NCBI RefSeq assembly: GCF_016433145.1
Contig: NC_058131.1
Location: 384,669,940-384,733,939, forward strand
Length of the DNA stretch: 64,000 nucleotides
Direction: 5' to 3'
From: Gracilinanus agilis
Taxonomy: Eukaryota
Shown here: piece by piece, positions 1 to 13,392 of the stretch
Position numbering within the stretch: the stretch's first letter is position 1
Layout: every line of letters starts with the position of its first letter
The notes under the pieces: generated by a model
The model's database searches: none
What the model saw: the letters and a program-made list of their open reading frames with translations, nothing else
Told to the model about the DNA's origin: nothing
Translations under genes and position numbers: made by a program

Positions 1-3000
1 GGCAGATGCTTAATAAACGCATATTGCTTAATTGCGTGACTGATTAAGACTCTCTGACATCCTAGGGATAGATCTAAGAAAAATGGGTGAGAGTTTCAAA
101 GGCAAATTTAGACTGAATGGCATGAATTTCTTAGATGTCCAAACTTCTTAGAAGTCCAAAAATACTCCAAAAGTGGAATAGGCTACCATGGGAGCACTGG
201 GTAAACCTACTACCACCAAAGAGCTTTATGAAGAAGTTTTCTTTTTCAGTTATCTTGTCTAATAGCAACAATGAAACATGGAAAAATTATAGAATAATTC
301 AAGGCAATATGTAATAAGGTTGTTAGTTAGGTGATACATGCTATTAACAACAAATACAAAATAAAGTGTATTCTATTATCAAAGAACCACAGAATCTCAG
401 ACTTAAAGGTAATATCAGAGACCATCTAGACCAAGTCTAGGCTTTCTACACTTAAAAATGAATCTCCTCCATAAGATAACTGAAAAAGAGATCTAGCCTT
501 TTCATAAAGTTCTTTGGTGATAGTAGTTGAAAGGCCCATTGTCTCCAATTTGCCCATTTTACAGATGGACAAACTGAAGCACAGGAAGGTTGCCCCATTT
601 CATAATGGTCACATAAATATTGTAGTGCAGAGGTAGGCTAGTATATTGGGGCATTTTCACCATACCATGCTGGCTCAAGTAGAGTGGAAGTTTCTTATGG
701 GCAGTGAGTTCTCTTCTGGCCCCCATCATGCTTAGGTATTAAATAGATAAGTATTTGATCACAGCTTGTCTCACTAGCTTAAATCAATTTGCAATATACT
801 TAAAGCTTTAACATGAGAGACTGCTTTTACAATAGAAAAGTTTTAAATTTAAAAAGCTTTTTTTTATTTGATTCTTGCTTTTTTGTGTTTAATTAAACAC
901 ACAAGTTGCCCTTTGGAGAAATATCATTGAGGGGTAATTATTCCTCGTGGTCCACATCTGCTTCTTCAAACATTTGGAATGCTGTAGAAAATTAATGAAT
1001 AACACATTTTAAAGCATGAGGAAAAGACAGGCAAAGAGCTACATGTTCTTAGGGCCAAATATTGTGTATTTAAACTGGAACATCTGCTGATACTGTACAA
1101 AACACCCTAGTTGCTTCAACAACATTAGTTTTGATTGGAAGCATAAATAAATTCCTTTAGGCAATGTGACATCACAATTTCTCTCTGATACACATGCCTT
1201 ATGCTTAATGGGAATAGAAGGTTACATAAATGGTATGATGTCAGAGGTATCAGGAAGGTCATACCTTCCCCAATCTGTCCACTAGTTGCCTGCCACACTG
1301 CCTGAAATTTCAATGTTTTAGAATAATTCCTGAGCTGTCAGACAAGTCTGTGCTCAGATATTCACTTTTACAATGTAGACACATTTAACCAGCTGTCATT
1401 AATATACTAGTATGAAATGATGGGTAACCAGAGAACCTATGAGGGTAGCAGATGAGGAAGAGGAATAATCTGGGGGTATAGGTCACTTCTGTGGGAGATT
1501 AGATTAGGGTTAGAATTGAGTACTCCCCCCTATACTGTAAGCTTGATATATTAAGGGCTGAGCATTAAGCCATTGAGGGCTTGGAGTGAAGTACCATAAA
1601 AAGGTAAAGGGATATAAAAAGGGGAAAGGAAAAGGTGCCAGTGACAATCTATCCTCTCCACAGTCTTGCCATTCATAACTTAATGCTTTTCCAAAAGGAA
1701 CTAACCTTAATGGACCAAAAAGACCAAGGAATAACATTTCTTATTCCTTTACCCAAGAATCCTAGTGGCCAGAATGGGGGGATAGAATAAAACCCTCTTT
1801 TCAGCAGCTATGAGAGATCAGGAATAATAAATCTATTTACAACAAATATATTCAATATTCTACCTGTCTATTATCACTTGAAAGTCTTCTTGACATAATA
1901 CATTGAGAGCTAGAGTTGGGTTCAAATCTATTCTCTAAAATGGCCAACTATTCAACTCTGGGTAGATTAATTAACCTTTTAATGGTATAGATAACTCTAG
2001 AAGGCAGGGGTACTTAAGCTGAAATTTATGAGCTTGCTTTATAAAAATAAATATGTATTTTGACAACTGTATTCCAATATGTTTGTTTTCTTTCATGTAT
2101 TTTATTTTATACATTTAAACAATTTTTTTTGTTCTGAGAAGGCATCCATAGGTTTTGCCAGACTATCATAAAGGGTCAAACAATATACAAATGCATATTT
2201 ATGCACACACACATTATATATATGTATATAAATACACACACACACACACGTGTGTGGTCTATATATAAAGAACGCCTGCTCTAAGAATAAAACTTGCAGA
2301 TCAACTCTCAACCAGCATGGTATAGAGATTTTCTTCATCTGAGAGTCCCCTATACAACAATGAAAACACTGGTCTAATCCCTGTCCATCTGCTTTGCCTC
2401 ATAAAATATTGTCATGTTGAACGTTCTTGTTAGAAGCTTTTCCATAACAATTCAACACATCATAATTTCTCCTTCTTAAATCTGAAAAAACCTTACTCCT
2501 TATATTAAAGTAGGCAAGAGAAGGCAATGCAAAGAATGCCAGATAGAGAATCAAGGGACCAGGGTTCTACTCAAATTTTGTTCTGAATTGCCCAATCTTA
2601 TGCAAGTCATCTACTTTATCTGAGCTTCTGTTTATTTATCTATAAAAGGGGATAGTGATGCTGGCATTTTCCATATCACATGATTATCATTGAGTTTTTT
2701 GTAAATGAGCTATTATAATTATCATCCTCCACTAAATTCTTGCCACCATCATCCAGGTGGGGAGCATGAGGCCATCTACAACCTCTCAAATTCTTCTCCA
2801 GGCAAGATAAGATCCCACTCACATAGCAGAGGCCTCCCATTGACCTATTTGTATGTCCTTCATATAGAGAACTACTGAACTGGGAGGAGGTTCATTTATA
2901 CAAAGTAAGTAACAAGGTGGCAAGCATCTTTTGGCTGTAGTAACACATTAAACCATCCATTTAGTTATAGAGGAGTTGTGAACTGCACTAATAGAATGGG

Positions 3001-3436
3001 AGTCTAAGTGGATGAAATCATAAAATCATGGATCCCTGAAGGAAGTATTATAACAATATAGGATAATAAATAATTCTGATGTAATGAGTTATTATAATAT
3101 TATAGTTATGCCCCTGGTCAATGGATCCATACCCTTCCTTGGATCTTACCTCCCCAGCTATAAACTTCTTGAAGGAAGAGATTGTTTCTTAATTTCCCAA
3201 GGTACCTTGTACATAGGTAACTGATTAGATCCATAGGGCACACGAAGTCTGTTGTAGTAGAAAAGTTCTGGAGATTTGGGTTCTGGTCATAGCTTTGTTA
3301 CTAAGTAATTGTATGCACTGTGGTGAATTGCCTCCCCTCTCCAAGTCTTAGTAGCCTCTTAATCAAAATGATGGGCTTGTACCAGAAAATTCTATGGTCT
3401 CTGAAAGCACTACAATTCTATGATCTTATGGAATTA

Positions 3437-3442
<6 letters not shown>

Positions 3443-3486
<44 letters not shown>
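3443..3486. repeat. (AC)22 microsatellite
   Basis: Perfect dinucleotide run. Confidence 0.98.
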
Positions 3487-3491
<5 letters not shown>

Positions 3492-4694
3492 TATGCACTT
3501 CAAACAACCATCTTCCAAAGGATAATGAATAGAATTCTTTTATGTTGCTAACCAAGACCTGGGAGTGTTCAATCAATGAACATGAAGCATTAAATGCTAT
3601 TGGAAAAGTGCTTGGAGTACCTCAGATGCAAGCTTAAGAAAGAGGATGGACTATTTTACAGGTTTTTCTTTTGGATGCTCTACTACCGAAGCTCATGACC
3701 CTCCCACTGTTCCTATCATGCTGCAATGATAAATAAATAAATAAAATCTTTTGCCACTAATGAGAGGCAACCCAGCAGTTTTCTCATCACTCCAGTGACA
3801 AGTTTATGTGCTCTATAATCGCAGTCGAAATATTTTTGCTATTTTTGTGATTTTCTTGGCTACCTTCCCATGGAATTAATCATTTCCTTGGCACTGGGGA
3901 GAAGTGGAAAAAATTGCAGCCATAAATGATTGACATAATAGTGCATTCTCTTCGCCCACTCAAAACCTCTCTGTTTGAGGAATTAAATCATTCCAGAGAA
4001 AAAGGCCTGGGTAGTGAGATGAAGATAGGTAATGTGTGGCTCCTCAAGTGGTACTATCTTATGTGGTACATTGAATTTGACAGAGCAGTTTAGATTCATT
4101 TCATTTGACTTTCCTAAAATCTGGGGTGATCTTGAGCCAAAAGATGTGGGTTCAGATCTCTACAACCAATCAGTAAAACTCTACCTCTGTCAGCATTGAG
4201 TTTCCTTATCTGTACAAGAAAGACAATAATTTCTCTTCTATCTAACTCATATGATTGCAATGAAAATTAAATTGTGAATGTATATTGCAAACTGTTAAAG
4301 TATTCTACAAATAGAAAAGATTATTATCATTCCCATTATATTGCAGGGTGTGAAAATGACCTCAACTCCAGCTGTAATAAGTCCAACCAACTTGGTTGTA
4401 TAAACCAAGTGATGAATGGCATGTCTGTTGTTTTGTTAGACCACCAGCTCAGCTGAATTTGGAGAGGTCTAGCACCAACCTGGCCACACAATGATCAATT
4501 AATTTTTTGGTCAGGTCAGCTCACAGAGATCTTCTGATAAGCCATAGAGGAATTGTCTTCTTCATTAGTAAAAAGAGCACACACACTGAAATCATAGATC
4601 CCTAAAGTTATGAGGTATTAAAGATATTGATTATTAATCTCTGGAAGCAAACCTCAACCCCAATGGTATAAGTATATAAAAAATAAATGCATTT

Positions 4695-4890
4695 GAGACA
4701 GCTAGATGGTTCAGTAGATAGAACATCAGGTCTAGAGTTGAGAGTATCTTGGTTCAAAAGTGACCTCAGACACGTCCTAGTTGTTTGACCCTAGGTAAGT
4801 TATTTAGCTGCAGTGGCCAGCCCTCATTGCTCTTCTATCTTGGAATTTGTATCAACTTTAAGACAAGGCAAGGGTTATTAAAAATAAATA
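4695..4890 (+). mobile_element. Older opossum CORE-SINE (SINE1/SINE2_Mdo-like)
   Basis: gagacagctagatggttcagtagatagaac...ggttcaaaagtgacctcagacac...aagggttattaaaaataaataaat. Flanking repeat atgcattt. Confidence 0.7.
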
Positions 4891-5329
4891 AATACATGCA
4901 TTTATAAAACTGAGATGAAGAAACTGCAGGGCAAAAAAAGAAGAGTAGGAAACAGAAGTGAGGATGGAGAACTAGAGCTATACTTCTACCCAAAGTGGCC
5001 TTAGGTAAGATCATTCAGGAAATCAAATGTTTATTTTGAGTATCCCTTCATACACACACACACACTTTCTTATCATGCTGCTCTCATGAGTGTCCTGAAC
5101 CTATTTACTTTTCCATTCTTGCATTTATATCTGGTTTGGACAATTTATTCCAGTATAACAGTACCTTGCCTTATGCCTCCATTTGTGTATGGAAATGATT
5201 CAACCCTAAGCCTTATTCCTGTCAAGCTTTGCCCTTTATTAATTAATCTGTTAAAAAATAATTCAAGCTAAGATTTCATTGGCTGGTGGCCTCTTCATAT
5301 TTTATTCTTCTTTAAAATCAAGGCCTTCA

Positions 5330-5509
5330 GGGGTAGCTGGGTAGCTCATTGGAGTGAGAGTCAGGCCTAGAGACAGGAGGTCCTAGGTTCAAACCCGGCC
5401 TCAGCCACTTCCTAGCTGTGTGACCCTGGGCAAGTCACTTGACCCCCATTGCCCACACTTACCAATCTTCCACCTATGAGACAATACACCGAAGTACAAG
5501 GGTTTAAAA
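5330..5509 (+). mobile_element. Young SINE1_Mdo-type CORE-SINE
   Basis: tRNA-like head with A/B boxes (tagctcattgg, ggttcaaaccc), CORE and A tail. 16-17-bp TSD aaaatcaaggccttca(g) (5314-5330, 5510-5526) at a TTT/AAAA L1 endonuclease site. Confidence 0.92.
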
Positions 5510-5919
5510 AAAATCAAGGCCTTCAGTGCCTTATCCTGGGGATATACAATTTTTGGGCTCTGGAGATTTCAGATCCTTTGGATCTTGACTGCTCCCTACC
5601 TTCTTCACAGTTGGGCCAACACTGTCTTTACTTGCATCCTACCATTATGAATGCTTATCCAATAGCTCCACAGATTACCTAAGAAGATCTATTGATTTCT
5701 TTCTAATTATCATCAGGGATCCTTCATCTGTTTTCCCCACATAAGGAATTATATAGGAAGGTTCTATCCTTAACAGAAATATATACCTCTAAATTTAGGT
5801 TTGCATTGTAGTCTTAATTCATCTACTGCTCCTCCCCTTCCCACTTAATTAAATATCTTGTTTTATTTGGCCATTTTAGTCTTGTCTGACTCTTCATAAT
5901 CTAATTTTGATTTTTCTTT

Positions 5920-6086
5920 CCAGCAAAGATACTGGAGTAGTTTGCTATTTCCTTCTCCAGTTCATTTTATAGATGGAGAAACTGAATCAAATAGTTAAGT
6001 GACTTGTCCAGGGTCACTCAGTGATAAGTGTCTGAGGCCATATTTGAACTCAAATCTTTCTGATTTCTTTGCCACCTAGCTGCCTC
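5920..6086 (-). mobile_element. MAR1-type SINE, partial
   Basis: gcaaagatactggagtagtttgctatttccttctccagttcattttatagatg...gccacctagctgcctc. Confidence 0.72.
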
Positions 6087-7504
6087 AGGTTAAATATATA
6101 CCAAAATATAATCTGAGCCTGATAGAATAGAACATATTAAGACTTACACAGACCATAGAGATTATTTGATAGAGCTCTTTACTTTAAAGAGGGGAAAATT
6201 GAGCCACAGAAGGGACATGTTGCTTGCTTATTGGGAGACAATATGGTACAATGAAAAAAAGATTGACTTTGGAAACAGACTATGTGGACTCACATCATAC
6301 CTTACCTATGCCACTAAACTCTCTCTGTAATCTTGGACAAATGATTGAACCTCTCTGGATTTCCTCAGTTTCCTCATTTGTTAGATGAGATTTTTATGGC
6401 CTCCAAAGTCCCTTTTTTGTTTTCTGGCTATGATGCTATGCTTAAGTGAGTTTTTCACTTCTTGTCTGTTGGGCTATGAGAAAACCAGTTAATATCTCTC
6501 AGCCTTTGTTTTACAAGTTGTAAAATTTTATGATACAGAGTCATTTTGAGTAAAACATTTTTAAAAATTGTAATGTGCTTCTGACCTCAGACACTTCCTA
6601 GCTGTGTGACCCTGAGCAAGTCACTTAACCCCCATTGCCTAGCCCTGTAACAAATAAAATTAATATAGGAGGATATATATAAAAGATATTAGAGTTTAAA
6701 AAAAGTTTAAAAAATTATAATGTGCTATGTAAATGTGAGTTCTCATTAAACTACAATTACTGGAAAAAGGTTTGTGAGAGATCAGAAAAGTAATACTTAA
6801 GAACATTTAAAGGCAAAGTTAAAAATACAAACTTTTAAGAATACTGAGGCCTTTATGAATTAGGTACAAGAATAGGTCTGATGAGCTGATTCATGTTCCT
6901 GGCTATATCATAATGTAAGTTTATGGATTCTGGCAGAAATAGTTCTCTAGATTGCCAAATCTGAAATCAATTCATCATGGAAACTGTAATCAGTCATCAA
7001 ATTATTTTTGATTTGATTCTGGCTCCAATCAAAGGATAACCTACAGGCTTTCTTGAGGGAAATAATGATCATTGACTGTGAACATTGGATAGCATTTTTA
7101 TTGTAGTCCACATCAAATCACTGGAACTAGCAGATACAGGGTAAACTAGTCATTAAATCTGCAGTACCAACCCCTTTCTATCTGTGATGCTTCACAGAAT
7201 GTACCCTGTATATTAGTGAAAATGACCAAACACAAAACAAAGATGTGACAGGAGCATAATAAACTGAGTACCATATAGTGCAAACACTGTCTTTTACAAA
7301 TGAGAACCAAGGCCTTCATAGGTTAAATGACTTGTCCAAGGTCACACAGATAAGCAGCACAAGATGAATTTGGACTGAGGTCTAAAGGTAGGTATTACAT
7401 CTAACTAAACTCTATCTTCCCTATTACCTAGGACAAAATTACAGAAAATTACAAAAATACAATAGATATTTAAAAGTATCTGCTGAATTAAATTATTGAA
7501 AGTA

Positions 7505-7640
7505 ACCAGGAGATAGATTTCAACTTAATATAAAGAAAAATTCCTTAATATTTAGAGCTTTCCAAAAGTAGAATGAATTGCTTCAGGAGGTAGTGAATTT
7601 TGCCTTATTGGAGATCTTCATGCAAGAAATTACATTACCA
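7505..7640 (+). mobile_element. L3/CR1 3' fragment
   Basis: gatagatttcaacttaatataaagaaaaattccttaata...agaatgaattgcttcaggaggtagtgaatt. Confidence 0.6.
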
Positions 7641-9929
7641 TTTGTCAGTAACATTAAGAGATCTTTATTTCAAATGAAGGTGGCTTCTGAGTACACTTTC
7701 AAGATGAGATTCTAAGAATGTTATTTAGTAGACCTAATGCTATTGATGCAATGAATGGTTAAAAAAAAAATGTGTTTACAATGTGACAACCATGGTTATA
7801 AGTGCCAGGTATGTGAATATGAAAACCAAAACAGCCCCTTCCCTCAAGGAACTTGCATGCTAATGGATTATACAGTCATAGGTAACAGGGAGGGGAACTG
7901 TAGTTCAGAAAGTTACAGGGATTGTAAGAGGGGCCATAGGCAATTCGATTGCTATTTTCTGCTCAGAAACAATGACAAAATTTATTTGATCAGAGATTCA
8001 TTGTTCTAGAACCAGGAGGAAAGAAAGAGTGTAGAGCAAGAAAAAGATTATGAAGGAAATGGGAGTCATTGGTTGATTTAAAAAAATGGAAATACTTGGA
8101 TTTCAATGCTGTCCAAGAATTTGAAATCCAACCTGCAAACTCATATAGCTGGTCAAACTAGAACACTAGTCAATACCTATTTGCCTTGGAAAGAAAATAA
8201 ATTACCACTTGGTAAATACTGGAACCTAAAGGAGGCCATTTTCTCTCACTTTGAGACAGGGATATGGAAAAGAAAGGGTACCAAGCAAGAATTAAAGGTT
8301 AAGTAAGTGCCTATTCAGGTAGATCATAACTGATGTTATTGTTAAGGCTATCATGGGAATGTGAGTACACCAAGAAAAATAGCCCCTAGAAACCTATAGA
8401 CTCTAGATCATACCAAAGACAAATGTTACTCTGTAGCCCAACTTAGGCATCCTCCTAAATCAGGACATTTTCTTGACATTGTTTTTTGGACACATTTTGG
8501 AAAATGCCTTCCTTATCCAGCCTCTCAAAAAGTTATTTAGAGACCATAGTCTATGCCAAACAATAATTCAGCTTTATAAGGCAATGTCATGCTTCAACAT
8601 CTAATTCTTCATCTGCTAAGACAGAACTAGCAAAGAATATTTTATCTTCGGCTGGGGTCTGTTGGTCCTTCGACTCTGTTTATAGGCACAATATATCATG
8701 GCTGTAGGCCCTTTGGTATTATATAACCTCCCATGTATAACTTGAATTAGTAAGGAAATGACATATTTATATTGCAATTAAAAATATGTTTAGCATTCCC
8801 TCAGGTGCCACCCCTCCCAATTATTTAAGGAAAAAGCACATTAATCATTGTACAGCGTGTAGTACAATGTAGTACAACAGTTGTTTCTCTATCCAAAGTT
8901 TAATACCACATGTAGAAACTAGAGCCAGAATTTCCATAACCTTGAAATGTCACCACACATTGATTATACTTACGCTTAAACACAGCATGCTCTTTTAAAC
9001 AAAACTATTCCAAGCCATCACAGACCCAAATACATGGCTTCATGATCTTTGACACTATCCATTTTATAATAAAATCATGTTTTACTAGAAATAAACAGGA
9101 GGGAAAAGAGAAGGCATAGTTGTTCAGTGAATAAAATATGTGATGCTTTGTTCCAAAAGGACTAGATGAGAAGGGTCGTCTGTGTCTGGTTGACCTATGT
9201 GGAAGAGAATGTCACATCTGTTGCTGATGATAATGATAATAAATAGAAGATAATGATTATTTCAATAGTGGACTAATTTCCTATGTCATCAAAAACATAT
9301 ATAGAGGTAGGCACCTTAAGCTTTGCTTAATTATTTGTTTCTTTAAACACCTTTAAGATGTTGAAAATGAGCTTACCTTGATTGGGCCTTTATAGGATAC
9401 AATTTTGAAAGAGACATAATTCCTAGGTCTAGTCTTAGATGGCCCATTGAATTTCTTAAAATGAGAGTACAACTCACCACTGAAAGATATGCTTTTGAGA
9501 CCTGATAAACTAGTCACCAGAAACTCCAAGGAACAAAACATTAATACAGACTCCTCGAATCTTAGCACTGGAAGTAACCACAGAGACCTTCCAAACTAAT
9601 CTACTTCCTTATGTGACATCCTGTGACATCTCTGAGGGCATTTCCTATGGCATTTCACTTCTATGTGAATATTTCCAAAAATAAGAAACCTTCATCTTAT
9701 TTCATTAAGCCTCTGCTTTAATTATTGTAAAGTTTTGCTTGTGGTGAAACAAAATCTGCCCTGATATAACTTTCACCCATTAGTGCTAGGTTTGTCTTCA
9801 AGATTTATCTACCTGATACCAAACAACTGGTCATTTGGTCACCAATTTATTCAATCTGAACATTTTACCTTTGTTATTCCAACTATTTTTGTTACATATG
9901 ATTCGACAGGTTAGACAGTTATTTTGTTA

Positions 9930-10465
9930 AATTAAATAAATATTTATTATTTTATCCTCTCCCCTCAAGGAACTTACTATCTAATTGGGTAGAGAGAACA
10001 TGCAGAAAAAATTTAGACAAAGAAAGCTTTACATAGAACAAATAGGAAATATTTAACAGGAGGAATAAACTGTAATTAAAACAGATTGAGGAAAGCTTCC
10101 TGTAGGAGTGGGGATTTCATTTGAGACTTAAAGGAAGCTAGGAGGTCAATAATTGTAATGGAGGAGAAAGAGCATTCAAGACATTATGAACAGCCAGAGA
10201 GAATGTCTGGATCCGAAAAATGGAATGTTTTGTTCATGGAAGAGCCATAAGGAGAGTGTACCTGGATTGAAGAGTACATGTTGGGGAGTAAGGTGTAAGA
10301 AGCTTGGAGACGTAGGAGGGGGCTAGGTTATGAAGGGCATTGGATGCCAAACAGCATAATGTATTTGTCTCATAGCACTAGGAAGCCATTGGAGTTTACT
10401 GAGAAGAGGGGTGACAGAATTAGATCGGTATTTCGATATGATATATACAGGCCAGGAGTCACCTT
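9930..10465 (-). mobile_element. LINE-2 fragment
   Basis: cccctcaaggaacttactatctaattggg...gaaagcttcctgtaggagtggggattt...ggaagccattggagtttactgag, typical reverse-strand L2 body. Confidence 0.75.
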
Positions 10466-11076
10466 TAGTTTGGGGCAAATTATTTCATTTTTAGTAAGAG
10501 TTGTTCATAGTGAATTCAGGCTGATTTCCTAGTCATCATTGCTTCTCTTTTTTAGTTCTCCTAAGACACCTTTCTATAACTATAAAATTCAAGTCATTTA
10601 TTAAGTTTACTGATACTTAATTCTTAGAAAATATCTTTTTCAAAATGAAAGGAACCCCTATCTTTTGGCACCTCTAAGATTTTCCATGATTCCTCAAAAA
10701 TTACCACTAGTGCTTCCACAATTCGGTATCTAAGTTATTGAAGTTGTCTAGTGTGTAATTTACTACTGGGAAGACCCAGACTGATTCATAATCACTAGGC
10801 TGTATCCTTTTGACATTATTAGAGGGAATTCTCTTCTGGGTTGTCAGTAATTATGGTGACTGAGAAGGTAGGAGATGCAGCACCTGAAGAAGCAGTTGCT
10901 AGGTAATCATCTGCATAAGGTTGCTACCCTGGAAAATGACCATGGAGGGCAAGCTAGAAGTAGGACCAGTGGTCCAAAGGGTAAAAGCCTTTCTAAAACT
11001 CTTGAGCTTACTTGACCATTAAAGGCAGGGAATAAGTGCTTGTTGTTGACTGCAAGAGGGAAAATGGGCTCCTTCT

Positions 11077-11320
11077 TGTATAGTTAGAGAATTTTATACC
11101 TTTTGAACTATGTTCCCCAGAATTCCTTTCTGTATTACCCAGCATCCTTTTCCTTTCTTTTATGTGTGTGCTTACCTTTTTTGTTTATAAGTTCTGAAAT
11201 GCCTCCCTCTCACTCTCATGACTGGGCTGAGTTAGCTAGCTTTTTTTTTACCTTACTTATTTTTAATAAACTTTATGAAATATAATATTTAGTTATTTTA
11301 TTTCAATTTTAATCTTTACA
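11077..11320 (+). mobile_element. Solo LTR (244 bp), probably ERV1-class
   Basis: Starts TGTA and ends TACA. 4-bp TSD ttct (11073-11076, 11321-11324). AATAAA at 11265-11270. General resemblance to opossum LTR termini. Confidence 0.65.
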
Positions 11321-12659
11321 TTCTCTACAAAGTTGCCCTCTTGAATTGGTCCCAGAGCCAGGCTGGAAGCAGGGTTGGTGACTAGGACACATTATTATTA
11401 AGTTCTTGAGCTCAGAGTCCTAGGCTATCTCCAATGAGACTTGAAGGGAGGTGGTATTTGAAATGGTGGCACAGATTTGACCCATTTGAGGAAGAAGTAT
11501 TCATTCATTTCAAGGTCTCACTCAAATATGAACTCCTCTTTTAATTCACCTATTCTACATACTTTAGTCCACACTCATTTTCCAGTTCCCTGAACCGCTT
11601 ATAAAGAGCTTTTATTAAGCAACTGAGCATTTAGGCACTTAGGACTTAGGACTAAATAGAATCTTAGAGATCATTTACTATTTTCTTTTTTTTAAGAAAA
11701 TGGAACATCAAGAATGAGGAAGTTGGACTAGACTACTTACTCTCCAGTTACTTTGACTCTAAATCAGTTGTCTTTCCAATAAAACATATTGTGGTATATT
11801 TTATCTCAGCATTCACTACTGTATCATATAGTCTTGTATATTAAACTAAATTGTGGTGACTTCATTGCAGGTACTTTGGTCATTCATTTTTCTTGTATTT
11901 CATACCATGTTTAGCAAAGGGCTAAAAATATAGTATATACTGAATATTTCTTTTGCTAATAGACTGATTCACTAGGGCAGAGTATCTCTGGATGGATACT
12001 AAAAGGAAATGTTGCTTCCCTGACTAGTGTTATTCATTTATTTACTTATAATTACTCACCAGGATTAATATATGTCTTGATAGAATATCTTAAAGGTCAC
12101 CTGAGAATAAAACATCAGGCATCTCTCATGCCAGTTCAACTCAGCAAGAATTTGTTAAATGCTTAATAGTCAGCACTATTCCAGATCATTGGGATGCAAA
12201 GACTGAAATGAAATAGCCCTTGTCCTCAAGGATATTATACTTTATCAGGGAAAACAATGTATTTAAAGAGAAGGAAAAATTTTATATACCATCAACATCC
12301 ATATCCATGCCTATATTATCTATGTCTTTCATATATCTGCTTATATGTATATAGACATACATCTTTATGTGTAGATATATACACACATATATCCATATGT
12401 ATATTTATACATGTATTTAGGGAGAGATGGGGTAGGACTTGACCTTTGATTTAATTAATATAGAGATCTCCTTGTGAGAAAATTCCTAACTCCTTCTAAC
12501 AAAGCAACTATTCTGTAACTGATGACCTTAGAAATTTGCCTGGGAGCCTGAGAGTTTGGGTCACATATTAGTATGTGTCATAAGCAGAAATTGAAAACAG
12601 GATGCCCTGACTTCAAGATAATCTCTCTAGCCACTATGCTGTCCTGTATAGTAACAACA

Positions 12660-12925
12660 ACAACAATATTAATAATTAGAATTTGCATAGAGCTCTAAGA
12701 TTTGTAAAGCATTTTATAAATGTTAATATTTGATTCTTGCACAGCCTAACATCTCTGTGAGATATTTGCTATTTTATCCCTATTTTTCAAATGAAGAAAA
12801 TGAGCCACAGAGATATTAGGGGACTTGCCCAGAATGATATATGGCTAGTTAGTGTCTAAGCCAGGATTTGAACTCATGTGTTCCTAATTCCAAGTCCTGT
12901 TCTGTACCCATAGTGCCACCTGGCT
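12660..12925 (-). mobile_element. MIR/Ther-type SINE (representative; many further MIR fragments, e.g. about 535-670, 2510-2680, 13150-13290, 14890-15100, 19400-19660, 29010-29160, 30545-30730, 63440-63715)
   Basis: CORE motif atccctatttttcaaatgaagaaaatgagccacagaga...gacttgcccag...ggatttgaactc. Confidence 0.7.
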
Positions 12926-13326
12926 GGAAAGAATATTCAAAGGAAATACAAATATATAATGATTGTAGGATGTAGGGGGTAGAAAAGGGAGGATCTTTAT
13001 GAAGGTAATTATATACAGGCAGGGATTACCATAGCCTAGCAGGCTGAATCCTCCCAGTAACTTCACCCTGACTGTTCCCTTCTGAAGGCTGTGCTCTGAA
13101 GTCTTCTTCAACTAGTGTCTCTCATCAGTTCATTTATCAATCACTTTACCAATATGCAGTCAAGTAGCTTAGTGCCCAGAGTGTTGGCTTTGAAGTCAAT
13201 ATTATTTACTTGACATATACTGGTTTTGTGATCCTGGATAATTAACTTTCTCACTCTTAGTTTTCTCATCTTTAAAATGGAAGTGACTAGCATCTATATA
13301 AATATTAGCTATTATTACTACAACTG

Positions 13327-13392
<66 letters not shown>
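13327..13392. repeat. (CTA)22 microsatellite at a MIR tail
   Basis: Perfect trinucleotide run; source of the poly-Val ORF 13202-13420. Confidence 0.98.

Noticed and set aside
5340-5400. tRNA-like A/B boxes
   Set aside because: These are SINE heads, not tRNA genes; no full cloverleaf.
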